Below, piece by piece: positions 1 to 10,000 of a DNA stretch of 56,462 nt. This DNA is from Myxococcota bacterium (GTDB lineage: Bacteria > Myxococcota_A > UBA796 > CAJQPC01), in contig JAZAMN010000065.1 in the NCBI GenBank assembly GCA_036229005.1, positions 1 to 56,462 on the forward strand, in the 5' to 3' direction. The notes below the pieces were generated by a model that was not told the DNA's origin, did no database searches, and saw only the letters and a list, made by a program, of their open reading frames with translations. Within the stretch, counting starts at the first letter, position 1, and every line of letters starts with the position of its first letter. Made by a program: the position numbers and the translations under genes.

Positions 1-208
1 GCGCAGTCTCCGCTTTCAGCGGATGCGCCGGTCGCCAGCTCTTCTTCGTAGAGCGAACTCACGTGCTTTGTGGGGGCGAGGCCCCCACACCCCCTCAGCG
101 GGCCTCCCCGAGGGAGCCCCGGCTCGGCCTAGGCATGGGCCTCGCAGAGCCGGTACCGGCGCGCAGTCTCCGCTTTCAGCGGATGCGCCGGTCGCCAGCT
201 CTTCTTCG
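1..208. repeat. Palindromic dispersed repeat (REP/BIME-like), ~160-bp period, partial at window edge
   Basis: gcgcagtctccgctttcagcggatgcgccggtcgccagctcttcttcg occurs at 1 and 161. Segments at ~80-185 match the reverse complement of the 188-bp repeats at the right end. Confidence 0.8.
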
Positions 209-332
209 CGGAGCAAACACAGATGTCCAGCCGACCTCTGGGGCGTCACAAAGGACCCACTCAGAACCGCTGGCCATGGGAGGTGGAAGCCAACTGTGTT
301 GGTGGGGGCCTCCGCAGGAGCACCAAGCTCGC

Positions 333-630
333 GGCTACGGCTCCCCAGTGAGCGCTCTTCCGAGGCTACGGCTCCCCAGTGAGCGCTTTTCCGAGGCTAC
401 GCCCCACCGGTGAGCGTTTTGCCCACCGATCTGGGGGCCAGGGGGCCGTCAGGGGCCTGAATCGGGCGAAAAACGGCCCGTTTGGGCCTGTTCGGCTCCG
501 AACTTGGCCCCTGAGCGCTCACCGAGTCCCCGTAGCCGCAAAGAGTCGCTCATTCACGCCCGGTGGCCACCCCCTGGCGCTCATTCGCATCGCGTAGCCT
601 CTGCCCGCCGCTCATTCACGCCGCGTAGCC
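333..630. repeat. 31-bp-phased motif array: 3 forward copies and 4 inverted copies around a central spacer
   Basis: GGCTACG-N8/9-GTGAGCG starts at 333, 364 and 395. The inverted CGCTCA(C/T)...CGTAGCC form starts at 516, 547, 578 and 609 (the 547 copy is degenerate). Confidence 0.8.
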
Positions 631-693
631 GCGTCCCAAGCCCCTCCAAGGCTCCGCTCACCGACAACCGAGACAGAGCCGCGATCCGCAAGC

Positions 694-1413
694 TCAGAGC
701 ACCAAAGCCCGCTCCAACAACCCCACATGCACCGGCGTCCGCTCCTGCTCCAGGAACCAGCCATTGCGCCAGCGCATCTCCTTGACCGCCCCCTTGTAGT
801 CAGCGATCTTGAGGCTGTAGTCGCAGAGCCGCTGGGACACGCCGGGCTCCAGGGTCAGCCCCAGCGCGCGCTCGGCGACCCCGGAGAGCTCGGCGACCAG
901 GGCGTCGATCTGCGCGCGCTGCTCGCGGACCAGGGTGCCGACGCTGGCGTTGTGGACCTGGCAGAGAAGCCCAAAGACACAGTTCCACAGCAGCTTCTCG
1001 ACCATCTGCTGGCCAAAGCGGGTGCTGTCCACGACGGTGCACTCCAGGTCGCCCTTGGCCAACAGCTCGCAGAAAGCCTGCGCCCACTTGCCGGTGACCA
1101 CCGTCCCGCCGCCGTCCACGGGGGCATCGCCCCGCGTGGAGACCGCAAAGTAGACCAGCGCCTGGGTGTTGTCCTGCAGGCCGTGTTCGACCAGCAGTGG
1201 GCGGAGCATGCCGTTCTGGATGAACACCAGGTCCTCGCGTCGGTGCTCGGGGGTGGCCTGGATGACGGCCGCCAGATCGTCATTGCGCGTGCAGACGATC
1301 AGCGGTCCTGGGGGGGCGTCATGCCAAGCCTGTCCTCGCTGGTGGGCGGGGGTGCCGGCGAGCTCGGACAAGGCGATGCCGACGCGGCCGGCTCCGATGA
1401 TAGTGGGGGTCAT
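694..1413 (-). CDS. Ketopantoate reductase-like (PanE/ApbA-related) Rossmann-fold protein
   Basis: N-terminal IIGAGRVG nucleotide-binding motif, FIQNG and EKLLWN motifs. Confidence 0.7.
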   Translation of the reverse strand: MTPTIIGAGRVGIALSELAGTPAHQRGQAWHDAPPGPLIVCTRNDDLAAVIQATPEHRREDLVFIQNGMLRPLLVEHGLQDNTQALVYFAVSTRGDAPVDGGGTVVTGKWAQAFCELLAKGDLECTVVDSTRFGQQMVEKLLWNCVFGLLCQVHNASVGTLVREQRAQIDALVAELSGVAERALGLTLEPGVSQRLCDYSLKIADYKGAVKEMRWRNGWFLEQERTPVHVGLLERALVL

Positions 1414-1453
1414 TCAGCCTCTCCTCTTCTGCCTTTGGGGCCGGTATACGTCT

Positions 1454-2032
1454 ATGCTCTTTCTCGCCATCGGATGCGGGCAGCCGCTATCGAATACCGT
1501 CCAGCTCCAGTGTGAGGTGGAGACCGCTTCCGAGCCCTGGGATGACACCCTCCGCACGCTCCTGGAGCAGCCCCTGGCGGGACATCTGGCGTGGCTGGAG
1601 CACGCTCCGCCGGCCGGTAGCCTGGAGACCTTCGAGCTGACCTGGACGCCCCAGCTCGAACAAGCGCCAACGGCTTGGACCGTCACCTCCGGCGATTGTG
1701 ACTCGGGCGTCTCCTTGCCGGTGGACTACACGTGGACCAGTGGACAGGGCGAGTTGATGTTCGCGGGGAGTTGGACAGACGCCACCGGGCCGACGGTCTT
1801 CGTGACAGAGGAGGGGGTGCTTCGCTTCGGCCTGGGTGCGGAGGGGGGAGAGAGCTGGGTGTTCGACCCCGTCCATGCGCTGGCTCCAGATGCCTACGAC
1901 TTCCAGGTGTCGTTTGATGGCAACACCCAGGACGGGGGAAGCATTGGCTTGAGCACCCTGCGCGAGGACTCAGAGACCGGTGTGCAGCACAACGAGCCTG
2001 TGTTGTCCGGCGTGTGGGGGGCGGGTCTGTGA
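1454..2032 (+). CDS. Hypothetical lipoprotein
   Basis: ATG at 1454 gives MLFLAIGC (lipobox-like Cys). Beta-rich body. Stop overlaps the next start (TGATG). Confidence 0.6.
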   Translation: MLFLAIGCGQPLSNTVQLQCEVETASEPWDDTLRTLLEQPLAGHLAWLEHAPPAGSLETFELTWTPQLEQAPTAWTVTSGDCDSGVSLPVDYTWTSGQGELMFAGSWTDATGPTVFVTEEGVLRFGLGAEGGESWVFDPVHALAPDAYDFQVSFDGNTQDGGSIGLSTLREDSETGVQHNEPVLSGVWGAGL

Positions 2033-2433
2033 TGCTGCTCTTGCTTGGGTGCGGCCCGGTCCCAGGCAAGGCCGAGCTCGATGTCGCCACACCACTGCAC
2101 GTGGTCTGTCGCGAGTCTCTGGAGACGAGGGGCTGGGAGGCCCAGGAGCTGAGTGGCTTTCCACTGGAGCTGGGCTTCGCCCTTGCCTGGACACTGGGCA
2201 GTGGACCGATTGGCGCCGGCGAGGAGCTGTCGCTGGTGCTCTCCGCGGACACCACGCGTGATCCGTCGGATGCAACCCGTGTTGCATTGGGCGACCAGCC
2301 GTGTCCCGACCGGGTGGTTTGGCCGGTCCAGGGCTCCCTGAGTCTGGCGGGTGTTCAGGACGTGAACGCGTCGCTGCGGGGGACCTTGGACAGCCTGGGG
2401 GCGCTTCGTTTGGCGGGTGACCAGACCGATTAG
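2032..2433 (+). CDS. Hypothetical lipoprotein, probably interrupted by a premature TAG (frame stays open to 2571)
   Basis: MLLLLGC start coupled to the upstream stop. 45 further in-frame sense codons follow TAG 2431-2433. Confidence 0.55.
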   Translation: MLLLLGCGPVPGKAELDVATPLHVVCRESLETRGWEAQELSGFPLELGFALAWTLGSGPIGAGEELSLVLSADTTRDPSDATRVALGDQPCPDRVVWPVQGSLSLAGVQDVNASLRGTLDSLGALRLAGDQTD

Positions 2434-2583
2434 GGGCAGGTGGGAGCGTCGAACACCGCACCGGACGTGTGGACCGTGCGCGCGGACCATGAGGGTGGCG
2501 AGCTGAGGGTCTCGAGCCGCATCGACTCGAGCCAGTTGAAGACACTCTGGACCGCCTCCCTGCAGCCCTGAGCGTGCCGCTCT

Positions 2584-4281
2584 TCAGGCCTTGAACGCCG
2601 CCAACGCGACGCCCACCAGCTTGCCCCAACCGGGCTCCGCCTCCATGGACATCATCTTCTGGCCCAGGCCATCCAGGTTGTTGTGGACGGGGAACCAGAA
2701 GGGCGTGGGCTTCATGACGAAGGGCGCGTGCACGACGGACTTCTGGGGGTGGTCCAGCATGAAGCTGTTGTGGACCACGCCGGTCCCGGACTGGATGTCC
2801 TGCGGGGTGTGTCCGGGGAAGGCGCCCCAGGTGGTGGAGACCAGCCCGTAGATCAGGCCAGGGAAGCAGTTCAGGGCGACCCCGCCGTAGCGCAGATCGG
2901 CGATGGCCTGGTCCAGCTCGGCGGCGTGGGTCTTGGCGGTCTTGGGGTGTACCAGGACCACGCAGCTCAGGGTGCCCCAGCAGTCCTCGTTGGCGAAACG
3001 CACGGCCTGTCGCAAGAACTCGGTGGGGGTGCTGCAGTCCAGGTCGCACTGGGCCAGCACGCCGCAGAAGGCCTCCTGGGTGAGCGCGTACTCGCCGGGC
3101 TCGGTGGACACGCCGGGGATGAAGGTCCAGGGCACGATGTCCTGCCCGTTCTGGCCCAACTCGCGGGCCTGCGGGTACTGGTTGACGAAGCCCTCGAAGC
3201 GCTGCTGAGCGCCGGGGTAGTAGGCCTTGCGGGCGGGGGCCTGGGCCAGGGCGGCTTCGACCTTGGCGAGCAGGCGGTCGCGCAGAGCCCAGCCGCGGGC
3301 GGTGACCAGGAGCTTGGCGGCGTTGCAGTTGAAGCTGCCGTTCTGGGTGACCATGCCGGCGATCGACTGCGCCTGGTAGTCCAGCTCGGACTCGGTCCAG
3401 GGGCCGGGGACGACCAGAACGGGGGTCACGCAGCCCAGCTCGGCGGAGAAGGGGCGCGTGTTGATGGGGGTGTTGTTCGCCTTGTTCTTGGCGCCCTCCT
3501 CACCCACGCCCCAGACGATGGCGTCGTAGGTGCGGTCGGAGCCGGTGATGTGCAGGGTGTCGACGCGGGCGTGCTCGGTGAGCTGCTTTCCGACCTGCAC
3601 GCCGCCGTAGCAGATGGCCAGGTAGCCCTGGTCGATCAGCACCTTGAAGGCCCTCTCCAGGTGCGGGCCCACGTGCTCGTTGACGGGGTTCATCTTGAGG
3701 ACGCAGACCTCGTCGTCCACGAACAGCTTGTAGAGCACGTCCATGGGCGGGATCGAGCCCACGTTGCCCGCGCCCAGCACCCCGCAGACGCCCCCGTCCT
3801 TGGAGCTCGGGTCCCGATAGAGCTCGCCCTGGGTGGCCTCCTTGCCCGGCTCGATCCAGACCTCGGCCGTCAGCCCGCCAAAGGTCAGCTTGTCCTGCAG
3901 GTTGGTCGGAAACACGGTCGCCACGAGCTGGCCGTCGGGGCGCCTCGTGACCTTGGGCAGCTTGGGCTGTCCGCCCGCCTCCAGGGCCTCCTTGTAGAGC
4001 CGGATGTTGCGCACCGTGGTCGCGACGGTCGCCAGCCACTCCTCGCCCGCCAGAGCCGAGTCCGGGTCGATGCCCTTGGCCTTGCAGCCGTCCACGACCA
4101 GCTCCGGAGCGGTCGCCTGGAAGGCCCCGATCATGGTGTCCAGCATCTCGATGCGCTCGGCCAGCCCCACCTGACGCCAGGCCGCGGCCCGGTCCGCGAC
4201 GCGCTCGATCATCTCGGCGACCTCCTCCGCCGGAGTGGGGGGGATCTTCGCGGGGGGCTCAGGGAAGGAGGCAGAGGACAT
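2584..4281 (-). CDS. Aldehyde dehydrogenase family protein
   Basis: GAGN, LKMNPVN, HITGS, AELGCVTP, catalytic SFNC and EAFCG motifs. Confidence 0.9.
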   Translation of the reverse strand: MSSASFPEPPAKIPPTPAEEVAEMIERVADRAAAWRQVGLAERIEMLDTMIGAFQATAPELVVDGCKAKGIDPDSALAGEEWLATVATTVRNIRLYKEALEAGGQPKLPKVTRRPDGQLVATVFPTNLQDKLTFGGLTAEVWIEPGKEATQGELYRDPSSKDGGVCGVLGAGNVGSIPPMDVLYKLFVDDEVCVLKMNPVNEHVGPHLERAFKVLIDQGYLAICYGGVQVGKQLTEHARVDTLHITGSDRTYDAIVWGVGEEGAKNKANNTPINTRPFSAELGCVTPVLVVPGPWTESELDYQAQSIAGMVTQNGSFNCNAAKLLVTARGWALRDRLLAKVEAALAQAPARKAYYPGAQQRFEGFVNQYPQARELGQNGQDIVPWTFIPGVSTEPGEYALTQEAFCGVLAQCDLDCSTPTEFLRQAVRFANEDCWGTLSCVVLVHPKTAKTHAAELDQAIADLRYGGVALNCFPGLIYGLVSTTWGAFPGHTPQDIQSGTGVVHNSFMLDHPQKSVVHAPFVMKPTPFWFPVHNNLDGLGQKMMSMEAEPGWGKLVGVALAAFKA

Positions 4282-4378
4282 GGGGCTCTCGGGGCTGTGT
4301 GGCCCACCTCTTTAACAGACGCTGACTCCAGGTCAGCAGCGATCCCGCCCCCAGCGAGGTCACCCGTCCGCTGACCGC

Positions 4379-5077
4379 TCAGCCCTCCGTCCAGTCCCGC
4401 CGCTTGGGCATCGATCGCAGGCGGGGCTCCACCGCCGGCTCTGCGCGGCCCTGCGTGCGCGTGAGCTCGACCAGCGTGGCCTCCATCGCCTCGCGCACCT
4501 TTGGGGGCACGGCGCGCTGGACGATCGAGTCCTCCAGCATCTGCTGCTCCATGTGCTTGCGCAGCTTGCGGCGCGCCCGCTGGAGCAGGCCGCGGGCCCC
4601 GGAGCGCATGTCCAGCTCCATCACCTCGGTCACCTGGGCGATGGGCAGGCCGGCGCTGTAGTGCAGGTAGACCGCCTCGGCCTCCTGCGGATCGAGCACC
4701 TCGTCGATGGCCCGCTGTACCGCCTCGCTGCGCTCACTGTCGGCGCGCAGCGCCACGATGCTGGGGGTGGGGTCGGCCAGCTCGAGGCCCTCATCTCCTA
4801 CCTTCTCCCGCCGCTTCTCCAGCCAGTTCAGGCAGAGGTTCCGGGCGATGCGGTAGCTCCAGGTGGACCAGGCGCAGTCCCCCCGGAAGCGGGGGATCGA
4901 GGTGTAGAGCCGCACCAGCGCCTCCTGGGAGAGCTCGGCGGCGGCCTGCTCGTGGCGCACCAGGGAGCGGCACAGGCGGTAGATCCGGTCCATCTGGCCT
5001 CGGATGAGGGCCTCGATGACCTGCGGATCCTTGCCGCCGGAGTCCAGCAGGCGCTGTACGAGTTGGGCTTCGCTCAC
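4379..5077 (-). CDS. ECF (sigma-70 family) RNA polymerase sigma factor
   Basis: Region 2 (AAELSQEALVRLY..IPRFRGDC.WSTWSYRIARN) and region 4 HTH (LQRARRKLR). Confidence 0.85.
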   Translation of the reverse strand: MSEAQLVQRLLDSGGKDPQVIEALIRGQMDRIYRLCRSLVRHEQAAAELSQEALVRLYTSIPRFRGDCAWSTWSYRIARNLCLNWLEKRREKVGDEGLELADPTPSIVALRADSERSEAVQRAIDEVLDPQEAEAVYLHYSAGLPIAQVTEVMELDMRSGARGLLQRARRKLRKHMEQQMLEDSIVQRAVPPKVREAMEATLVELTRTQGRAEPAVEPRLRSMPKRRDWTEG

Positions 5078-5189
5078 CCCTGGACGCTAACCGGCTCGGG
5101 GGGCTGTCCGGCAACAAGGGCACGCTGGCGGTTTCCAAACCCCGTCGGGGGGATTAGCTGGCTGGACCCGAACCCCCTGGGAGGAGACC

Positions 5190-6995
5190 GTGGAAGAGCA
5201 CGAGAAGGGCCGCGAGGCCTTTGAGTCGGACGACGCCTACCGCCTGCATGCGCTGCGCCATTCGACCGCGCACGTGATGGCTGAGGCCATCCAGACCATC
5301 TTCCCGGAAGCCAAGTTCACCGTGGGCCCGCCCATCAAGGACGGCTTCTTCTACGACGTGGACGTGGAGAGCCCCATCACGGAGGAGCACCTCTCCGAGA
5401 TCGAGAAGGCGATGAAGCGCATCGTCAAGCGCAACTCCAAGTTCGAGCGCAGCGTCCTGTCCCGGGACGAGGCCGTGAACCTCTTCGCCGAGCTCGACCA
5501 GCCCTACAAGGTGGAGCGGATCGGCCTGCTGGATCCCGACGCCGAGATCAGCGTCTACGACCAGGGCGGCTTCAAGGACCTCTGCGCGGGCCCCCACGTC
5601 CAGCGCACAGGCAACTGCAAGCACTTCAAGCTGCTCAAGGTCTCCGGGGCCTACCTGCACGGCGACAGCCGGAACAAGATGCTCCAGCGCGTCTACGGCA
5701 CCGTCTGGAAGACCCGCGACGAGCTGAACACCTACCTGGAGCGCCTGGAGGAGGCCCGCAAGCGCGACCACCGCCGCGTGGGCCAGCAGCTCGGCCTGTT
5801 CATGTTCCACCCCTACAGCCCCGGCGCCCCCTTCTGGCTGCCCAAGGGCGAGGACCTCTACAACACCCTCCAGATGGCCATGCGCGGCCTGCTGATCGAG
5901 GGCGGCTACAGCCCGGTCCGCACCCCCATGGTGTTCGACAAGAAGCTCTGGGAGACCAGCGGCCACTGGGACCACTACCAGGAGGGCATGTTCCACTTCG
6001 CCGAGGGCCGCCACGCCGAGGGCGACTCGGACGAAGAGGACGACAGCACCATCCTGGGCCTCAAGCCCATGAACTGCCCCTCCCACATGCTGATCTTCGG
6101 CCGCAAGCGCCGCAGCTACCGGGAGCTCCCCCTGCGCATCCACGACCAGGGCGTGCTGCACCGCAACGAGCTGCGGGGGGCCCTGGGCGGCCTGACCCGC
6201 GTGCGGCAGTTCTGCCAGGACGACGCGCACATCTTCTGCACGGAAGACCAGATCGAGTCCGAGGTCGACGCCCTGATCAAGCTGGTGGACAAGGTCTACA
6301 CCGCCTTCGGTCTGGGCTACCGCGCCAAGCTCTCCACCCGCCCGGACGACAAGCTCGGCAGCGACGAGCTCTGGGACAAGGCTGAGGGCGCGCTCACGGC
6401 CGCTCTGGACGCCGCGGGCATCGAGTACACGATCAACGAGGGCGACGGCGCCTTCTACGGCCCCAAGATCGACTTCGACGTGCTGGACGCCCTGGAGCGC
6501 CCCTGGCAGTGCGCCACCATCCAGCTCGACTTCCAGCTCCCCCGGCGCTTTGACCTGTCCTACATCGGAGAGGACAACAGCACCCACGTCCCCGTGGTCG
6601 TCCACCGCGCCATCTTCGGCTCCTTCGAGCGCTTCATCGGCATCCTCATCGAGCACTACGCCGGTGAGTTCCCCATGTGGATGGCGCCCGAGCAGATCCG
6701 CATCGCCACCGTCTCCGAGAAGTCCGTGGCCCACGGTCAGGACGTGCTGGAGGCCGCCCTGGCTGGCGGCGTCAAGGCCACCTTCGACGACGGCGACGAC
6801 AAGATCGGCAAGAAGATCCGCACCTGGCACGGCGACAAGGTCCCGTACCTGGCCGTCATCGGCGAGAAGGAGCAGGAGGACGGCACCGTGACCCTGCGTA
6901 GCCGCCACAGCCGCCAGATGGAGACCATGAGCCTGCCCGACTTCGTGCGGCGCATGCAGGACGAGGCGCGCAGCCCCTGGGCCCCCGCTCAGTAG
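5190..6995 (+). CDS. thrS: Threonine--tRNA ligase (short form lacking the N-terminal TGS domain)
   Basis: RHSTAH, DLCAGPH, KRDHRRVG, LKPMNCP, LTRVRQFCQDDAH, GAFYGPKID and HRAIFGSFERF motifs. GGAGGAG RBS before GTG. Confidence 0.98.
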   Translation: MEEHEKGREAFESDDAYRLHALRHSTAHVMAEAIQTIFPEAKFTVGPPIKDGFFYDVDVESPITEEHLSEIEKAMKRIVKRNSKFERSVLSRDEAVNLFAELDQPYKVERIGLLDPDAEISVYDQGGFKDLCAGPHVQRTGNCKHFKLLKVSGAYLHGDSRNKMLQRVYGTVWKTRDELNTYLERLEEARKRDHRRVGQQLGLFMFHPYSPGAPFWLPKGEDLYNTLQMAMRGLLIEGGYSPVRTPMVFDKKLWETSGHWDHYQEGMFHFAEGRHAEGDSDEEDDSTILGLKPMNCPSHMLIFGRKRRSYRELPLRIHDQGVLHRNELRGALGGLTRVRQFCQDDAHIFCTEDQIESEVDALIKLVDKVYTAFGLGYRAKLSTRPDDKLGSDELWDKAEGALTAALDAAGIEYTINEGDGAFYGPKIDFDVLDALERPWQCATIQLDFQLPRRFDLSYIGEDNSTHVPVVVHRAIFGSFERFIGILIEHYAGEFPMWMAPEQIRIATVSEKSVAHGQDVLEAALAGGVKATFDDGDDKIGKKIRTWHGDKVPYLAVIGEKEQEDGTVTLRSRHSRQMETMSLPDFVRRMQDEARSPWAPAQ

Positions 6996-7070
6996 GGTCC
7001 CCCACAGCGCAACTTGTCACAGAGGCCGAGGGTTTTCGCGGGGTAGCTTGCTCTCCCGCGGAGCCCAGCC

Positions 7071-10000
7071 TTGCCCAACTCCCAGCGCGCCAGCACCTCG
7101 ACGCAGACCAGCAGCAGCAGCTCTGGAGAGGTGGCTGTTGCCCCCTCGGGACCGGACAACTCCACCGTCCAGGCCCAGGTCCCCGGGGCGGATGCCTCCG
7201 GCCGCGCCGAAGCCATCCACCAGGCCTTCCACGGATCCTGGTGGGGCGAGGACGAAGAGGCCGCGCTCCGCCAGCTCAGCGGGGTGGGGCCGGGCATGGC
7301 CGGCGCGATCCGGGACGCCTACCTGACCCGCTACGGCGTCGCCCTGGAGCAGGAGTTCCGCGACCGCTGCAGCGCCGCCCAGGCCAACCAGGCTCTGCGG
7401 GTGCTCTGGCCTGCGCTCAGCCTGTCCGAGCGCCTGCGGACCCACGTCTCCGGGGGCCTTGTCTGGGACAGCGCCAACCAGGGCGGCTTGATGGACGTGC
7501 TGCGCTCCGCCAGCGTCAGCGAGCAGATCGCCGCCGGCCGCGACCCCAGCGTGATGGCCCTGCTCGCCAACCACCTGGACGCCGACCAGCTCTTTCAGGC
7601 TCGGCAGCTCCTCCAGCCCGACCAGCTCGGCGCGGCGGTGCTTGAGCGCATCCAGGCCGCCAATGGCTTCTTCGGCGACGACGAGGATGCGGTGATGGCC
7701 GCCTTGATGACCCTGCCCCAGGCAGACCGGGCGGCCTTCTGGACTCAGCACGGCGCGTCCTTCGACTTCCTCTCCGCCCAGGAGCGCGGCCGCATGGCGC
7801 AGATCTGCACCGGGAGCGAGGCCGACGCCCTGGCCGCCCGGATGGAGCAGGCCACCGACGGGCTGGGCACCGACGATGACGCGGTCTCCGAGGCCGCGGC
7901 GCGCGCCGGCGATCTGCGGAGGGAGCAGCTCGAGCTCCAGTCTGTCCTCGCTGGGACCCAGGATCCCCAGGAGCGCGCGCGGATCCAGGCCCGGTTGGTG
8001 GAGATCGGGGATCTGGACGGACTGCTCGACCCCTCCTCCCAGACCATGGGCGCCCTGCAGGGCGACCTCTCAGACAGCGACTTCGCCCGGATCGCGGGGC
8101 AGATGGGCCAGTCGGAGTACGCGCTCGCCAGGCAGCAGATCCTGGACGCCGTGGGCTGGATCAGCACCGACGAGCAGTCCATCTACGAGGCCTTCGACCG
8201 CGTCCCCGAAGGCCTGCGGCAGCAGCTCTGGGACGACCCCGAGATCCAGCGCGTGCTGGGGGGCCTCTCCGAGAGCGAGCGCTCGGACGTCGCCGCCTTC
8301 CGGGACAACAACAGCGGCGCCATGGTGATGCAGCGCCTGGAAGAGGAGTGGAGCCACTGGAGCACCGACACCGCGCGCATCTTCGCCCTGGTCGGGGAGA
8401 TGTCGGAGGGCGAGCGGGCCACCTTCCGGAGCAGCCCCCTCTACGTCCGGATGCTCACGGGCCTGGATCTTCGGGAGGGAGCGGCTCTGAGGCGTGTCGC
8501 GGAGACAGGGTCCATACCGACCGACATGGCCGTGGACGCCGCACTGGGAGGGAGCTGGGACGGCACCGACGAGGACATGCTGGCGCAGACCTTCGAGGCG
8601 ATGCACGCCGATGAGCGCTTCAACTACCGCTTGGGCTACTGGCTCTCCCGGGATGGGCGCGAGCCGGCGGATCCCGAGCAGGAGCAGGCGCTCGCTGACT
8701 TCCTGGCGCTGGAGTCCCGCCTGCGCTCGGAGCTTGGTGCAGACGACCTGCAGACCGCCCTGGACCAGCTCGTCGGCGTGCCCACCGCCCGGGAGCTGGA
8801 GACCGAGGCTGGACGCCTGATGGCCGCCGGCATCCTGGTGCACCGCGCGGACGACAAGCAGGCGCTGGGGGACGGCCTGGGGGCGATGTTCACCGAGAAG
8901 GACGAGACCGCCGACGGGATGGAGGTGCAGCTCGACGCCGCCTACCTCCAGGCCCTGGAGGACGGCGTGATCTCGGCCGAGGAGCTGGCCATCCTGGCGA
9001 GCCTGGATGAGCGCTTCGCACAGCGCTACGCCGAGTCGGTCGCGGCCATCGACATGGTGCGGAACATCGCGGCGACGGTCGCGGCGGTGGCGGCGGGCAT
9101 CGTGGTCACGGCGCTGACGGCGGGCGCAGCGGGGCCGGTGGTCGCGGGCCTGCTGTCCACCTACGGCGCGGGGGCCCTGGCGGGTGGTGTCGCGGGGGCG
9201 GTCACGCGGGTCGGCGTCAGCGAGCTCATGGGCGGCGACCACTTCGACACATTCTCCGGTGAGGGCGCGACCCAGGCCGCCGCGGGCTTCACGGACGGGG
9301 CCATGGCGGTGCTCGCCAACGGTCTGGCCACCCGCTTCACGGACTTGGTGGGGCTGCGGGGCGCCCAGCTCTCGGGGGCCATGTCCCTGGGGAGCATCGA
9401 GGCGGCGGGCGGGACGATCCAGGCCTCCGGACGGGCCTTCGTGCAGGGCTCCGTTCGCGGCGGACTGGACGGGCTGCTCTCGGGCATGGTGGGCGAGCTG
9501 GTGCTCACCGCGGCCGACTCCGAGACCTGGCGCCGGGGCGTCTGGGACGTGGTCATCGCGTTCGGTGAGGCGGCGCTGCGGGGCGGCAGCCTGGGCGCGG
9601 CGACCGGCGGTCTGGTGGGCGGAGGCATCGACGCACTGGGAGCCTATGTATCCCGGGCCCGCATCGAGTCCCTGGTGCAGGACCTGGAGTCCGTGGGCAT
9701 CCCCAGGCAGCGGCTGGACAGCATGCCGCTGGACTCCGTGCGGGTGTTGGGGCAGGTGGACGCCGCCCTGGCCGCTGGGGATCTGGAGAGCGCCAACCAG
9801 CTCATGCGCCAGCTCGGCGGGGAGCTGGAGACCGGGCAGTTCGACCTGCTGCGCGCCAAGCTCATCCAGACCCACATGGGGGGAGACGCCCTCGGGGACT
9901 TCGGGCTCCAGGGCAGCGCGGACCTGGCCGACGTGCTCGCCCCGGGCTTCCGCGCCACCCCCGAGATGCAGGCCGCGTTCCGGCCGATCGCCGAGTCCCC

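Noticed and set aside
2431..2433. Pyrrolysine or genome-wide TAG recoding
   Set aside because: TAG ends several conserved genes at their expected positions (thrS, hemB, infC, moaB), and no pyl genes are seen.
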